Assembly: GCA_949292425.1 (NCBI GenBank)
Contig: CASEZK010000058.1
Coordinates: 5 to 64,004, forward strand
Reading direction: 5' to 3'
DNA from: an uncultured Oscillospiraceae bacterium
Lineage (GTDB): Bacteria > Bacillota > Clostridia > Oscillospirales > Acutalibacteraceae
DNA length: 64,000 bases
Both the position numbers and the translations under genes were made by a program. Below the pieces are notes generated by a model. It had not been told where the DNA came from, made no database searches, and worked only from the letters and a program-made list of their open reading frames with translations. This document shows positions 10,310 through 22,257 of this stretch, in pieces (the stretch's first letter is position 1; the number at the start of each line of letters is the position of its first letter).

Positions 10310-10630
10310 ATGATAAAAAAAGTACATGTAAAAACAGGTGACACTGTAGTTGTATTAAGCGGCAAAGAGCGTGGCAAAAAAGGGAAAATTATTGCAGTTA
10401 GCCCAAAAGAAGGTAAGGTAATAATTGAAGGAGTTAACATGGTATCGAAGCATGTTAAACCTAAGAAAATGGGAGAAGCTGGAGGTATAATAAAAGCTGA
10501 AGGCGCTATGTATGCAAGCAAAGTACAGCTGGTATGTCCGAGTTGTGACAAGGCTACACGTATTGCGCACAAAATCTCAGAAGATGGTAAGAAACAACGC
10601 ATTTGCAAAAAATGTGGTAAGACGCTTTAA
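10310..10630 (+). CDS. rplX: 50S ribosomal protein L24 (with C-terminal CxxC...CxxC)
   Basis: ATG after the ggagg RBS. KOW motif VKTGDTVVVLSGKERGKKG. Contains CPSC and CKKC. Confidence 0.93.
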   Translation: MIKKVHVKTGDTVVVLSGKERGKKGKIIAVSPKEGKVIIEGVNMVSKHVKPKKMGEAGGIIKAEGAMYASKVQLVCPSCDKATRIAHKISEDGKKQRICKKCGKTL

Positions 10631-10642
10631 GGAGGATAGAAC

Positions 10643-11182
10643 ATGGCAAGATTAAAAGATTTTTATAAATCTGAAGTTGCACCGGCACTAATGAATAAGT
10701 TCTCATACAAAAGCGTCATGCAAATACCAAAGCTTGATAAGATAGTTATCAATGTTGGTGCTGGCGAAGCTAGAGATAATTCAAAAGCTATAGATGCGAT
10801 CATCAGAGATATAGAAACAATTACAGGTCAGCATCCTGCTGTATGTAAAGCCAAAAAATCTGTTGCGAACTTTAAAATAAGAGAAGGCATGAACATTGGC
10901 GTGAAAGTTACCTTAAGGGGTGACAGGATGTATGAATTCCTAGATAGACTTTTCAATGTAGCACTTCCTAGAGTTAGGGACTTTAGAGGAATAAATCCTA
11001 ACTCATTTGACGGTCGTGGAAACTACAATATGGGAATAAAAGAACAGCTTATTTTCCCTGAAATAGAGTATGATAAAATAGATAAAGTACGCGGAATGGA
11101 TATTTGTTTCGCAACTACAGCGAAAACAGACGAAGAAGCCAAAGCACTTTTAGAGCTTTTAGGCGCACCGTTTACAAAATAA
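10643..11182 (+). CDS. rplE: 50S ribosomal protein L5
   Basis: Sequence [10 protein letters not shown]...[11 protein letters not shown]. Confidence 0.95.
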   Translation: MARLKDFYKSEVAPALMNKFSYKSVMQIPKLDKIVINVGAGEARDNSKAIDAIIRDIETITGQHPAVCKAKKSVANFKIREGMNIGVKVTLRGDRMYEFLDRLFNVALPRVRDFRGINPNSFDGRGNYNMGIKEQLIFPEIEYDKIDKVRGMDICFATTAKTDEEAKALLELLGAPFTK

Positions 11183-11194
11183 GGAGGGATTATT

Positions 11195-11380
11195 GTGGCC
11201 AAGACTTCCATGAAAGTCAAGCAGCAAAGAAAACAGAAGTATTCAACACGCGAATATAACAGATGTAAGATCTGTGGTAGGCCGCATGCTTACCTTCGCA
11301 AATTCGGAATTTGTCGTATATGCTTCAGAGAATTGGCATATAAAGGCGAGATTCCGGGTGTTAGGAAATCCAGTTGGTAA
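11195..11380 (+). CDS. rpsN: 30S ribosomal protein S14 type Z (zinc-binding, 61 aa)
   Basis: Sequence [38 protein letters not shown]. Confidence 0.95.
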   Translation: MAKTSMKVKQQRKQKYSTREYNRCKICGRPHAYLRKFGICRICFRELAYKGEIPGVRKSSW

Positions 11381-11407
11381 AGTCTTTTTAGAAGGAGGAT
11401 AAAAGGC

Positions 11408-11806
11408 ATGCAAATAACAGATACAATTGCAGACTTGTTGACTAGAATAAGAAACGCTAGCACAAGCCGCCACGAAACTGTAGATATTCCTGCGTCTAAT
11501 ATGAAAAAATCAATAGTAGAGATTTTGCAAGATGAAGGATATATTAAGAAATTTACAGTTATAGAAGACGGTAAACAAGGCATTATAAGAGTTACTTTAA
11601 AGTATGACGAAAATAAAAAACCGGTTATTACTGGTTTAAAGAGAGTCTCAAAGCCAGGTTTACGCATTTATGCTGATGTGGAAAATATGCCTCAAGTTAT
11701 AAAAGGGTTAGGTATAGCTATTATTTCTACATCTAAGGGCGTGATGACAGACAAAAAAGCTAGAGAACTTAATGTAGGTGGAGAAGTATTAGCATTCATT
11801 TGGTAA
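11408..11806 (+). CDS. rpsH: 30S ribosomal protein S8
   Basis: Sequence [13 protein letters not shown]...GGEVLAFIW. Confidence 0.95.
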   Translation: MQITDTIADLLTRIRNASTSRHETVDIPASNMKKSIVEILQDEGYIKKFTVIEDGKQGIIRVTLKYDENKKPVITGLKRVSKPGLRIYADVENMPQVIKGLGIAIISTSKGVMTDKKARELNVGGEVLAFIW

Positions 11807-11822
11807 TAAAGGAGGGTAGAGC

Positions 11823-12371
11823 ATGTCTCGAATTGGAAGAAAACCTATAAATATTCCCGCAGGAGTTGAAGTAAAATTCAACGATGGCGTAATAACGGTA
11901 AAAGGCAAAAATGGAACGTTAACAAGAACTATACATCCAAATATGCAAATCAATATAGAGGAAAATGTTATAACGGTAAATCGTCCTAACGATAATAAAG
12001 AAAACAGATCCCTTCACGGATTGACAAGAACTCTTATTGCAAATATGATTGAGGGTGTAACAGAAGGCTTCAAGAAAGAACTTGAAGTAAACGGTGTAGG
12101 ATATCGTGTTCAGAAACAAGGCAAAAATCTTGTTATGAATTTAGGATTTTCACATCAGGTTACAGTATCTGAAACTGATGATATAAAGATAGAAGTTCAA
12201 GGTTCGAACAAAATAATAATTCACGGTGCTGATAAGCAAAAAGTTGGTCAGTTTGCGGCAGAAGTTCGTGAAAAGCGTCCACCGGAACCATATAAAGGCA
12301 AAGGTATAAAATATGTTGATGAACATATTCGCAGAAAAGAAGGTAAAGCCGGTAAAGGCGGCAAGAAATAA
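11823..12371 (+). CDS. rplF: 50S ribosomal protein L6
   Basis: Sequence MSRIGRKPINIPAGVEV... Confidence 0.95.
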   Translation: MSRIGRKPINIPAGVEVKFNDGVITVKGKNGTLTRTIHPNMQINIEENVITVNRPNDNKENRSLHGLTRTLIANMIEGVTEGFKKELEVNGVGYRVQKQGKNLVMNLGFSHQVTVSETDDIKIEVQGSNKIIIHGADKQKVGQFAAEVREKRPPEPYKGKGIKYVDEHIRRKEGKAGKGGKK

Positions 12372-12390
12372 TTAAGGAGTGAATAAACTT

Positions 12391-12750
12391 ATGGTGAACA
12401 AGCAAGACTCAAACAAAGCTAGATTGCACCGTCACAAAAGAGTGCGTGGCAAAATAAATGGTACAGCAGAACGTCCTCGCCTAAATGTTTTCCGCTCCAC
12501 GAGTAACATCTATGCCCAACTGATAGACGATGAAAAAGGCGTTACTTTAGCATCAGCATCAACATTGGACAAAGAATTTAATGGCTACGGCGGAAACAAA
12601 GAAGCAGCAAAAATCGTTGGTAATTTGATAGCTAAAAGAGCTTTAGAAAAAGGTGTCTCTGAGGTTGTGTTCGACAGAGGCGGATACGTATTTCATGGCA
12701 GAGTTAAAGAATTAGCTGACGGAGCCCGTGAGGGTGGACTTAAGTTCTAA
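12391..12750 (+). CDS. rplR: 50S ribosomal protein L18
   Basis: ATG 11 nt after the aaggag RBS. Sequence contains [12 protein letters not shown]...RPRLNVFRS. Confidence 0.93.
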   Translation: MVNKQDSNKARLHRHKRVRGKINGTAERPRLNVFRSTSNIYAQLIDDEKGVTLASASTLDKEFNGYGGNKEAAKIVGNLIAKRALEKGVSEVVFDRGGYVFHGRVKELADGAREGGLKF

Positions 12751-12768
12751 AGTAAGGAGGGAATACTT

Positions 12769-13266
12769 TTGGCTAGAAATGAAGCTAGTACAATGGATTT
12801 AAAAGAACGTGTAGTTGCTATAAACCGTGTATCTAAAACCGTTAAAGGTGGACGTATATTCAAATTTGCTGCATTGGTTGTAGTAGGAGACGGAAACGGT
12901 ACAGTAGGCTTTGGTATAGGAAAAGCGGGCGAAGTTCCAGACGCTGTGAAGAAAGGTATTGAAGATGCGAAGAAAAACCTTGTAAAGATTTCTCTTAAAG
13001 GATCTACGATTCCTCACGAAATAATCGGCGAATTTGGAGCAGGCCGAGTACTTTTAAAACCTGCAGCACCTGGTACGGGAGTTATTGCAGGAGGACCTGT
13101 ACGTGCCGTTGTTGAAGCAGCTGGAATACGTGATATCAGAACAAAGGCACTTCGTTCAAATAACCCATGCAATGTAGTTAGAGCTACCATGCAGGGACTG
13201 ACGAGTTTAAGAAATGCTGAACAAGTTGCGAAAATACGTAACAAATCAGTAAAAGAAATTTTGTAG
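12769..13266 (+). CDS. rpsE: 30S ribosomal protein S5
   Basis: TTG start. Sequence contains [27 protein letters not shown]. Confidence 0.95.
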   Translation: MARNEASTMDLKERVVAINRVSKTVKGGRIFKFAALVVVGDGNGTVGFGIGKAGEVPDAVKKGIEDAKKNLVKISLKGSTIPHEIIGEFGAGRVLLKPAAPGTGVIAGGPVRAVVEAAGIRDIRTKALRSNNPCNVVRATMQGLTSLRNAEQVAKIRNKSVKEIL

Positions 13267-13277
13267 GGGGTAGCAAT

Positions 13278-13457
13278 ATGGAACAAGTTAAGATAAAGCT
13301 TGTAAAGAGTCTTATAAGCTGCAAAAAAGATCAAATTGCCACTGCCCATTCACTTGGTCTTAGAAAAATAGGTGACGAGACGATCCAACCTAACAACGAG
13401 CAGACCAAAGGTAAGGTGGCTAAAGTAATCCACCTCATAAAGCTTAATAAGGCTTAA
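13278..13457 (+). CDS. rpmD: 50S ribosomal protein L30 (59 aa, below the ORF-track cutoff)
   Basis: Hand translation gives MEQVKIKLVKSLISCKKDQIATAHSLGLRKIGDETIQPNNEQTKGKVAKVIHLIKLNKA. It sits between rpsE and rplO. Confidence 0.88.
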   Translation: MEQVKIKLVKSLISCKKDQIATAHSLGLRKIGDETIQPNNEQTKGKVAKVIHLIKLNKA

Positions 13458-13475
13458 TAAAGGGGAGGTGAAAAA

Positions 13476-13916
13476 ATGGAATTACATGAACTTTCACCAG
13501 CGTATGGCTCCAAAAAAACAGTCAAACGTATAGGTAGAGGACACGGCCCAGGCCAAGGCAAAACAGCTGGCAAGGGCCATAAAGGTCAAAAGGCTAGGTC
13601 GGGAGGAAGCATTCGTCCAGGTTTTGAAGGAGGACAAATGCCACTTCAAAGAAGGATCCCGAAAAGAGGATTCAACAATATTTTTGCAAAGAAGATAGTT
13701 GCAGTAAATGTAGGTTCGTTGAATGTATTTGATGATGGAGCTACTGTTGATGCAAAAGCTATGATTGATGCGGGAATAATAAAAAAACAACATGATGGGA
13801 TCAAAGTTTTATCAAATGGAACTTTGTCTAAAAAATTGATTGTTAAAGCTAGTGCCTTTTCTGAAAATGCTAAGACGAAAATAGAGGAGGCCGGCGGAAA
13901 GGCTGAGGTGATCTAA
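13476..13916 (+). CDS. rplO: 50S ribosomal protein L15
   Basis: Sequence [24 protein letters not shown]. Confidence 0.95.
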   Translation: MELHELSPAYGSKKTVKRIGRGHGPGQGKTAGKGHKGQKARSGGSIRPGFEGGQMPLQRRIPKRGFNNIFAKKIVAVNVGSLNVFDDGATVDAKAMIDAGIIKKQHDGIKVLSNGTLSKKLIVKASAFSENAKTKIEEAGGKAEVI

Positions 13917-13917
13917 G

Positions 13918-15258
13918 TTGTTTAAGACAATACACAATGCTTGGAAAGACCCGGAACTCAGAAAAAAATTGTTATTTACAGTCTTTATAGTTATAATCTT
14001 TAGAATAGGGTCAATAATACCGGTTCCTTTTCTGGACGCAGATGCTTTGAGGAACTTTATGGGCGCAAGGGTAACGGAAAACTCATTTTTCGGTTTTGTA
14101 AATATGCTATCAGGTGGAGCCTTTTCACACGGAACTTTGTTTGCATTATCCATTCAACCGTATATTAATGCGTCGATAATAATGCAACTGATGACAGTGG
14201 TTATTCCGTCATTGGAAAAGCTGCAGAAGGAAGGCGAAGAAGGTCGCAAAAAAATGACAGCTATAACCAGAGTTTTAACAGTGACGATAGGTGTTTTGCA
14301 GGCTACGATGTTTTATTTGTGGCTAAGAAATGCGGGAAGAGTCACCATGTATAACGAAGGTTTTGCAGGCATTTTTTCAGCAGTTGTAATCGTCAGTGTT
14401 TTAACAGCTGGCACGGCGCTTATCATGTGGCTTGGTGAACAAGTCAACGATAAGGGCGTAGGAAACGGAATTTCCATTTTACTGTTTGCAGGTATCGTAG
14501 CTAGAATGCCACTGCTTATTACGACGTTGTGGGGATACATTTCTCTGGCAATAGAATCGCCCAATATGAACTTTGTTGGTAGAGAAAACTGGTATTTCTA
14601 CATTTTCGTGCCGTTGTTTGTGGTTTTGCTATTTGTAATCATTTGGTTGATTACGTACACAAATGATGCTGAAAGAAGGATACCGATTCAATATGCTAAG
14701 AGGGTAGTAGGTAGGAAAATGTACGGCGGCCAGAGCACACATATTCCAGTTAAGTTAAGCGGATCAGGCGTTATGCCGATTATCTTTGCACAATCGATAT
14801 TATCTTTACCTTCGGCAGTGAAGGCTGTTATGGATACTAAGGCTCCGAGCTGGATTGATTCTTTAAATAACGCGTTGGCTGTTACAGGCTGGATTTATCC
14901 TACAATTTATTTTGTATTTATAATATTCTTTGCGTATTTTTATCTTTCGATCCAATATAATCCTATAGAGATGGCGAACAATCTTCGTCAAAGTAGCGGC
15001 ACTATTCCTGGAATCAGACCAGGTAAGCCAACCAGTGATTTCATTGCAAAGGTATTGTCGAAAATAACTTTAATGGGAGCATTTTTCCTTGGTTTCATTG
15101 CGATAGAACCGTTTATATTTAGTGACTTAACCTACATGTATCAAACAACTTTCCTCGGAGGAACATCGGTTATCATTATGGTAGGTGTAGCATTAGAAAC
15201 AGTTAAGCAGATGGAATCTCAAATGATGATGCGCCACTATAAAGGATTCTTAGATTAA
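13918..15258 (+). CDS. secY: preprotein translocase subunit SecY
   Basis: TTG start. A 10-TM-like profile in the expected operon position. Confidence 0.95.
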   Translation: MFKTIHNAWKDPELRKKLLFTVFIVIIFRIGSIIPVPFLDADALRNFMGARVTENSFFGFVNMLSGGAFSHGTLFALSIQPYINASIIMQLMTVVIPSLEKLQKEGEEGRKKMTAITRVLTVTIGVLQATMFYLWLRNAGRVTMYNEGFAGIFSAVVIVSVLTAGTALIMWLGEQVNDKGVGNGISILLFAGIVARMPLLITTLWGYISLAIESPNMNFVGRENWYFYIFVPLFVVLLFVIIWLITYTNDAERRIPIQYAKRVVGRKMYGGQSTHIPVKLSGSGVMPIIFAQSILSLPSAVKAVMDTKAPSWIDSLNNALAVTGWIYPTIYFVFIIFFAYFYLSIQYNPIEMANNLRQSSGTIPGIRPGKPTSDFIAKVLSKITLMGAFFLGFIAIEPFIFSDLTYMYQTTFLGGTSVIIMVGVALETVKQMESQMMMRHYKGFLD

Positions 15259-15331
15259 TAAAAGAGAAATTTACAATCGGTGCGGTTTTGTGGCTGCATC
15301 GAGGGTGACTTTCTAAAAAGAGGCTAATTTT

Positions 15332-15964
15332 ATGAATATCATACTTCTTGGAGCACCTGGTTCAGGCAAAGGTACACAGGCTGAATTTATAGAAAAGTAT
15401 TTGTCTGTAAGGTCTATATCTACGGGCAATATTATCAGATCAGAGCTGAAAAGCGGCACGAAGTTGGGTCTAGAAGCAAAATCTTATATAGAAAAAGGGT
15501 TGTTACTTCCGGATGAAGTTGTTATAAACATGGTGAAAGAAACTATAGCAAAACCGGAGTACAAAAATGGTTTTATATTGGACGGATTTCCTAGGACCAT
15601 AGCACAAGCCGAGGCTTTGGGTAGGCTAAATGTAAATATAGATAAAGTTATTGACATAGAGGTTGATGACCAATCGATTATAAATAGACTATCGGGACGC
15701 CGTGTCTGTGAGAATTGTGGAGCAAGTTATCATTTAGAAAATAAAAAACCAGAAAAACCTGGAACTTGTGATAAATGTCACAGCACCCTTATTCAGCGGA
15801 AGGATGACCAAGTTGAGACGATAAAAGAGAGACTGAAAATCTATCATGAGCAGACAGAGCCCTTAAAAAAGTATTATAAACATGAGGGCAAGCTTGTCGA
15901 GATAGAAGGAAACAAAAGCGTAGAAGAAACTAAATCTTTAGTTTTTAAGTCCTTGGAGGAATAA
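15332..15964 (+). CDS. adk: adenylate kinase (Zn lid CxxC...CxxC)
   Basis: Contains GAPGSGKGTQ, plus CENCG and CDKCH. Confidence 0.95.
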   Translation: MNIILLGAPGSGKGTQAEFIEKYLSVRSISTGNIIRSELKSGTKLGLEAKSYIEKGLLLPDEVVINMVKETIAKPEYKNGFILDGFPRTIAQAEALGRLNVNIDKVIDIEVDDQSIINRLSGRRVCENCGASYHLENKKPEKPGTCDKCHSTLIQRKDDQVETIKERLKIYHEQTEPLKKYYKHEGKLVEIEGNKSVEETKSLVFKSLEE

Positions 15965-15967
15965 GTT

Positions 15968-16720
15968 ATGGTCGTTTTGAAGACTAAAAGAGAGATAGAT
16001 CAAATGAAAAAGGCCGGTAAAATAGCAGCAAATGCATTACATTTGGCCGGAAGATCAATTTCTCCGGGAATTACTACTTGGGATTTAGATTTTATGATAC
16101 GAGAGTATATAGAAAAGCTAGGCGCTAAACCGTCTTGCCTTGACTATGGAGGGTTTCCAAACAGCTCTTGTATTTCAATCAACAATGAGGTTGTTCATGG
16201 CATACCGAGCAAAAAACGCAAGGTTGAATCTGGAGATATAGTCAGCATAGATGTATCAGCTTTTTACAATGGCTTTCACGGAGATACAGCTTATACGTTT
16301 GCGTGTGGCGAAGTTAGCGACCAAGCTCGTGCACTTTTAAAAGCGACGCAGGAATCTTTGATGGAAGGCATAAAAAAAGCGGTGGTTGGAAACAGAATAG
16401 GCGATATATCTTCAACGATTCAAGAGCATGTCGAGGCACGCAATTACTCGGTGGTACGAGATTTTGTCGGTCACGGAGTAGGTGCGAAGCTACATGAAGA
16501 CCCTAGTGTACCAAATTATGGAGTACCTTCAAGAGGAGTACGTCTTTTACCTGGAATGACAATAGCGATAGAACCTATGATAAATGCCGGAACTTATGAA
16601 GTGGAAATTTTATCCGACGACTGGACCGCAGTAACCAAAGACGGAAAACTTTCGGCACATTTTGAGCATACAGTTGCGGTTACGCCTTCAGGACCGATGA
16701 TTTTGACGTTACCGGATTGA
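15968..16720 (+). CDS. map: type I methionine aminopeptidase
   Basis: Contains VVHGIP...DVSAFYNGFHGD...GHGVG... Confidence 0.93.
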   Translation: MVVLKTKREIDQMKKAGKIAANALHLAGRSISPGITTWDLDFMIREYIEKLGAKPSCLDYGGFPNSSCISINNEVVHGIPSKKRKVESGDIVSIDVSAFYNGFHGDTAYTFACGEVSDQARALLKATQESLMEGIKKAVVGNRIGDISSTIQEHVEARNYSVVRDFVGHGVGAKLHEDPSVPNYGVPSRGVRLLPGMTIAIEPMINAGTYEVEILSDDWTAVTKDGKLSAHFEHTVAVTPSGPMILTLPD

Positions 16721-16732
16721 TGGAGGGTAAAT

Positions 16733-16984
16733 ATGGATATTAAAGTAGGTTCGGTTGTAGTATCTAGAGCAGGACACGATAAAGATGATTTTTTTGTGGT
16801 TTTGAAAGTCAGTGGAAAAAATGTTATAATATGCGATGGAAAAAGAAGGACGCTTGAAAAACCCAAAGTAAAAAATGAAAAACATCTTATAGTGACGAAA
16901 GAAAAATTGGATGCCAGTTTTATGCAAACAAATTGTGCTATTAGGAAAAAGCTCAACTTGTTTAAAAAAATGGCTGAAGGTTAG
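16733..16984 (+). CDS. KOW-domain RNA-binding protein (between map and infA, Clostridia-typical)
   Basis: Sequence VGSVVVSRAGHDKDDFFVVL, in the expected position. Confidence 0.7.
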   Translation: MDIKVGSVVVSRAGHDKDDFFVVLKVSGKNVIICDGKRRTLEKPKVKNEKHLIVTKEKLDASFMQTNCAIRKKLNLFKKMAEG

Positions 16985-17007
16985 TTATATGAACAGGAGG
17001 GTTATGC

Positions 17008-17226
17008 TTGTCGAAGCAAGATGTAATTGAGATTGAAGGTATAGTTAAAGAAGCACTACCAAATGCGCAATTCATGGTAGAGCTTCCGAATGGAAAAACA
17101 ATATTAGCACATATTTCCGGTAAACTTAGAATGAATTACATTAAGATTTTGCCAGGAGATAAAGTAACTGTGGAGATGTCTCCATATGATTTAACAAGAG
17201 GAAGAATTATTTGGAGAGCTAAATAA
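17008..17226 (+). CDS. infA: translation initiation factor IF-1
   Basis: TTG start. Sequence contains [11 protein letters not shown]...[16 protein letters not shown]. Confidence 0.95.
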   Translation: MSKQDVIEIEGIVKEALPNAQFMVELPNGKTILAHISGKLRMNYIKILPGDKVTVEMSPYDLTRGRIIWRAK

Positions 17227-17269
17227 AATTAAAAAAATCGTTGAGATTTTACTTGAAGGGGGTATATAA

Positions 17270-17383
17270 ATGAAGGTCAGGCCTTCTGTAAAGAAAATTT
17301 GCGAGAAATGTAAAATCATTAAGCGCAAAGGTAAAATAATGGTAATTTGTGAAAATCCTAAACATAAACAACGTCAGGGATAA
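17270..17383 (+). CDS. rpmJ: 50S ribosomal protein L36 (37 aa, hand-translated)
   Basis: Sequence [37 protein letters not shown]. Confidence 0.92.
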   Translation: MKVRPSVKKICEKCKIIKRKGKIMVICENPKHKQRQG

Positions 17384-17405
17384 AGTAAAAAATGGAGGTG
17401 TATTT

Positions 17406-17774
17406 ATGGCACGTATAGCAGGTGTTGACTTACCTAGAGATAAACGTGTTGAGATTGGTCTTTCGTACATTTTCGGTATAGGAAGAAAAACCGCAAGCGA
17501 TGTTATTAAGGCAACAGGGATTAATCCGGACACAAGGGTTAGAGATCTTACAGAAAATGATGTAGCAGCTTTAAGAGAATATATCGACAAACATTGTAGA
17601 GTTGAAGGTGACTTAAGACGTGACATCGCTTTTGATATTAAGAGATTGGTTGAAATAGGATGCTATAGAGGTATACGTCATCGTAAAGGTTTGCCTGTAA
17701 GAGGCCAGAGGTCGAAAACCAATGCTAGAACCAGAAAAGGTCCTAGAAAGACAATGGCTAATAAGAAAAAATAA
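17406..17774 (+). CDS. rpsM: 30S ribosomal protein S13
   Basis: ATG after the ggagg RBS. Sequence starts [19 protein letters not shown]. Confidence 0.95.
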   Translation: MARIAGVDLPRDKRVEIGLSYIFGIGRKTASDVIKATGINPDTRVRDLTENDVAALREYIDKHCRVEGDLRRDIAFDIKRLVEIGCYRGIRHRKGLPVRGQRSKTNARTRKGPRKTMANKKK

Positions 17775-17790
17775 GGAGGGGTTATAAGAC

Positions 17791-18195
17791 ATGGCAGTAC
17801 AGAAATCTGGTAAAAAAGCAACAGTTCGCAGAAGACGTGAACGTAAGAATATTGAACGTGGCCAAGCGCACATTCAGTCTACATTTAACAACACCATAGT
17901 AACAATAACAGATGTAAACGGAAATGCAGTATCTTGGGCAAGTTCAGGGGAGCTTGGTTTTAGAGGATCCAGGAAATCTACGCCATTCGCAGCACAAACG
18001 GCAGCTGAAACAGCAGCCAAAACTGCAATGGAACATGGTATGAAAACTGTAGAGGTTTTTGTTAAAGGACCAGGAGCAGGACGTGAAGCAGCAGTTAGAG
18101 CGCTACAAGGTGCAGGTTTGGAAGTTAGCATGATAAAAGATGTAACTCCGATTCCGCATAATGGGTGTCGTCCGCCAAAAAGAAGAAGAGTATAG
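17791..18195 (+). CDS. rpsK: 30S ribosomal protein S11
   Basis: Sequence [18 protein letters not shown]...[13 protein letters not shown]. Confidence 0.95.
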   Translation: MAVQKSGKKATVRRRRERKNIERGQAHIQSTFNNTIVTITDVNGNAVSWASSGELGFRGSRKSTPFAAQTAAETAAKTAMEHGMKTVEVFVKGPGAGREAAVRALQGAGLEVSMIKDVTPIPHNGCRPPKRRRV

Positions 18196-18224
18196 TCATA
18201 ATAACAGGAGGTGTATTTTAACTA

Positions 18225-18854
18225 ATGGCAAGATATACAGGAGCAGTTTGTAGACTTTGTAGAAGAGAAGGCCAAAAGCTTTATTTAAAAGGTGATAGAT
18301 GTTATACCGAAAAATGTTCAGTAGGAAGGAGATCGTATGCACCTGGCCAGCATGGTCAAGGCAGAAAGAAAGTTTCTGAATACGGTTTACAATTACGTGC
18401 AAAACAAGCTACAAGGCGTTACTATGGAGTTTTAGAAGGACAATTTAGACATTACTATGATTTAGCAAAGAAGAGAGAAGGTAAGGTTGGTGAACAACTT
18501 TTAGTTGTTCTGGAAACCCGCTTAGATAATATAGTTTACAGACTAGGTTTTGCAAGCTCTCGTCCGGAAGCTAGACAATTAGTACTTCATAATCATTTCT
18601 CAGTTAATGGCAAGAAAGTTAACATACCATCTTACCTAGTGAAACCGGGAGATGTCATCAGTATAAACGAGAAAAGCCGCCAAAGTGAAAAAATCAAGGG
18701 AATACTGGAAAGGAATGCTTCTCGTCCTGTGCCGAAATGGTTAGAAGTTAATTCTGAGCAATTCGCAGGGAAAATGATTAATTATCCGGTACGTGAAGAT
18801 ATAGATCTACCGGTTGAAGAAACACTTATCGTTGAGTTGTACTCCAAGCTATAA
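18225..18854 (+). CDS. rpsD: 30S ribosomal protein S4
   Basis: Sequence [16 protein letters not shown]... Confidence 0.95.
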   Translation: MARYTGAVCRLCRREGQKLYLKGDRCYTEKCSVGRRSYAPGQHGQGRKKVSEYGLQLRAKQATRRYYGVLEGQFRHYYDLAKKREGKVGEQLLVVLETRLDNIVYRLGFASSRPEARQLVLHNHFSVNGKKVNIPSYLVKPGDVISINEKSRQSEKIKGILERNASRPVPKWLEVNSEQFAGKMINYPVREDIDLPVEETLIVELYSKL

Positions 18855-18916
18855 TAGGTTATTTTTAATAGTTGATTTAAATTTAATAACCTAATTAAAC
18901 GAAGGAGGAACTAACG

Positions 18917-19867
18917 ATGTTAGAGATGGAAAAACCAAGAATTTCTGTAGAAGACTTATCTGAAGATGGAACATATGGCAAGTTTGTTGTTGAACCTTTA
19001 GAAAGAGGTTTTGGAAATACTTTAGGAAATAGCTTAAGAAGAGTGTTGCTTTCTTCGCTTCCGGGTGTGGCGGTAACTTCAATGAAAATAGATGGGGTTA
19101 TGCATGAGTTTTCAACCATACCGGGCGTTAAAGAAGACGTAACTGAGATAGTATTGAACTTAAAAAGTTTAATAGCTAGACTAGAAACAGACGAAGCTAA
19201 GACTATATTCATGAGGAAAAAAGGCCCATGCGAGTTAAAGGCAGGAGATATTCCATTTGATGGAGAAATAGAGATTTTGAACCCAGACCTACACATAGCT
19301 ACCTTGAACGAAGATGCAGACTTGTGCATGGAGCTGGTGATAGATAAGGGAAGAGGCTATGTTTCTGCAGATAAGAATAAAAAGGAAATGCAAGACAACA
19401 CATTGGGAGTAATTCCTATAGATTCTATATATACGCCGGTGTTGAAAGTAAACTACAATGTTGAAAATACCAGAGTAGGGCAGATAACTGACTATGATAA
19501 GTTATCGATAGAAGTCTGGACCAATGGTGTTATCGATGCAAAAGAAGCGATATCGTTGTCGGCGAAGATATTGACGGAACATTTAAACTTGTTCTCAGAT
19601 TTAACCGAAGCTGAGAGCGGATTGAACATTTTAGTTGAAAAAAATACAAGTGACAAAGAAAAAATTCTTGGTATAACTTTGGATGAAATGGACTTATCTG
19701 TTCGTTCTTTCAACTGTTTAAAACGTGCAGGACTAAATACTGTTGAAGAGTTGACCAAGAAAACAGAAGCTGACATGATGAAGGTCAGAAATCTTGGTAG
19801 AAAATCTTTAGAGGAAGTAATAAAGAAGTTGAAGTCTTATGGGCTAGACCTCTGTAAAGAAGATTAA
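18917..19867 (+). CDS. rpoA: DNA-directed RNA polymerase subunit alpha
   Basis: Sequence [25 protein letters not shown]...[12 protein letters not shown]. Confidence 0.95.
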   Translation: MLEMEKPRISVEDLSEDGTYGKFVVEPLERGFGNTLGNSLRRVLLSSLPGVAVTSMKIDGVMHEFSTIPGVKEDVTEIVLNLKSLIARLETDEAKTIFMRKKGPCELKAGDIPFDGEIEILNPDLHIATLNEDADLCMELVIDKGRGYVSADKNKKEMQDNTLGVIPIDSIYTPVLKVNYNVENTRVGQITDYDKLSIEVWTNGVIDAKEAISLSAKILTEHLNLFSDLTEAESGLNILVEKNTSDKEKILGITLDEMDLSVRSFNCLKRAGLNTVEELTKKTEADMMKVRNLGRKSLEEVIKKLKSYGLDLCKED

Positions 19868-19898
19868 TGGTGAATATAGTGTAAAGGAGTGAATTTTG

Positions 19899-20240
19899 AT
19901 GCCAGGAACTAGGAAGCTTGGAAGAACCGCTTCACACAGAACGGCTATGCTAAGAGCAATGGTGACTTTCCTTTTAGAGAAAGGTAAGATCGAGACCACA
20001 GTGTATAGAGCTAAAGAAGTGCGTTCAATAACGGAAAAAATGATTACATTAGCGAAAGACAATAGCTTGCATAATAAACGTTTAGCGTTGGCTTTTATTA
20101 CTAAAGAAGAAGTAGTGAAAAAGTTGTTCGACGAAATAGCACCAAAATATGCAGACAAAAATGGTGGATATACGAGGATCAGTAAGTTAGGACCAAGACG
20201 TGGCGATGCTGCTGAAATGGCAATGATAGAATTAATATAA
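19899..20240 (+). CDS. rplQ: 50S ribosomal protein L17
   Basis: Sequence [17 protein letters not shown]... Confidence 0.93.
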   Translation: MPGTRKLGRTASHRTAMLRAMVTFLLEKGKIETTVYRAKEVRSITEKMITLAKDNSLHNKRLALAFITKEEVVKKLFDEIAPKYADKNGGYTRISKLGPRRGDAAEMAMIELI

Positions 20241-20256
20241 GGTTGAATTAAAATAT

Positions 20257-20294
20257 AACGCGGGCAAGAGAAGTTTCTCTGGTCCGCGTTTGTT
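20257..20294 (+). terminator. intrinsic terminator ending the ribosomal superoperon
   Basis: aacgcgg...ccgcgtt stem followed by TGTT. Confidence 0.6.
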
Positions 20295-20456
20295 ATAAGA
20301 AGAAAATTAAGTGATAATCAAGTGGTTCAATAAAATGTAAGCGATGAGGATAAGAAAGAGCTAATAATGGATTAAGATATGTTAGTTGCAATCAAAGAAC
20401 ACATTAATTAAGGGCATTCAATAATAAGAGATAACAGAAAAAATAGTAGGAGAGAC

Positions 20457-21185
20457 AATGGCAACAGTAAAAGTAAAGTGTCCCTATTGTGAGAGAGAGG
20501 ATATTGTACTGTATGGAAAAACAGTTCCGGGAGACAACATCATCTCTGCCGAAATATAGAATGCTCTCATAAAACATTTCAGCTTGAGTATAAAAATAAT
20601 GCCAGCAAACCTGATACAAAAGAAAAAATAATACAAATAGCAATGAATGGAGCAGGATTATGGGATACAGGACGAGTATTAGACATTTCAAAAGACACAG
20701 CAACAACTGTTAAAAACGGAAAAATTTGTAAATCAAGTGAATGAGGAATATCTTTCTAAACAGAATGCAGAAAAGCCACTTAATGTTATAATTTGCAATG
20801 TATTATCAACAGAAATGGATGAAATGTGGAGTTTTCATCACTATAAAATCCCACTAGAGATATGGCGCTGTGGTGGGCAGTGGATCATGCCACAAGTACC
20901 ACGTTAGCATTTACATTTTGGTACATGAGTAAAAACTTAGACAAGCTTCTTGCGTTGCTCAAGCTGTTCCCAATTATAAGGGTTTATACGGATCATAATT
21001 TTGCTTATGAAAATGTACTCCCTCACAACAGCTTGTTTGTGGAAAAAAGAACACTCAGAAAATAGAAAGGGATAATCTGACTTTACATACTCGCATAAAA
21101 AGACTCTACCGTAAAACTATTTGCTTTTCCAAGAGCAAATAGATTCATAAAGCTGTTATTGGTACCTTTATCAATTTGATGGCAG
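20457..21185 (+). pseudogene. IS1-family transposase relic (InsA zinc finger + InsB pieces, several frameshifts/stops)
   Basis: Fragments read MATVKVKCPYCERE..., then ECSHKTFQLEY...IAMNGAG, EMDEMWSF, WWAVDH...VYTDHNFAYE and IERDNLTLHTRIKRLYRKTICFSKS. They are spread over three frames. Confidence 0.7.
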
Positions 21186-21197
21186 ACATCTCAATGA

Positions 21198-22247
<1,050 letters not shown>

Positions 22248-22257
22248 TTAAAAACAT

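Noticed and set aside
8391-10608. Long antisense ORFs inside the ribosomal operon (for example 8391-8729, 9546-9875, 10204-10608)
   Set aside because: They overlap highly conserved ribosomal protein genes on the opposite strand. They have no RBS and a biased low-complexity composition, so they are frame shadows.
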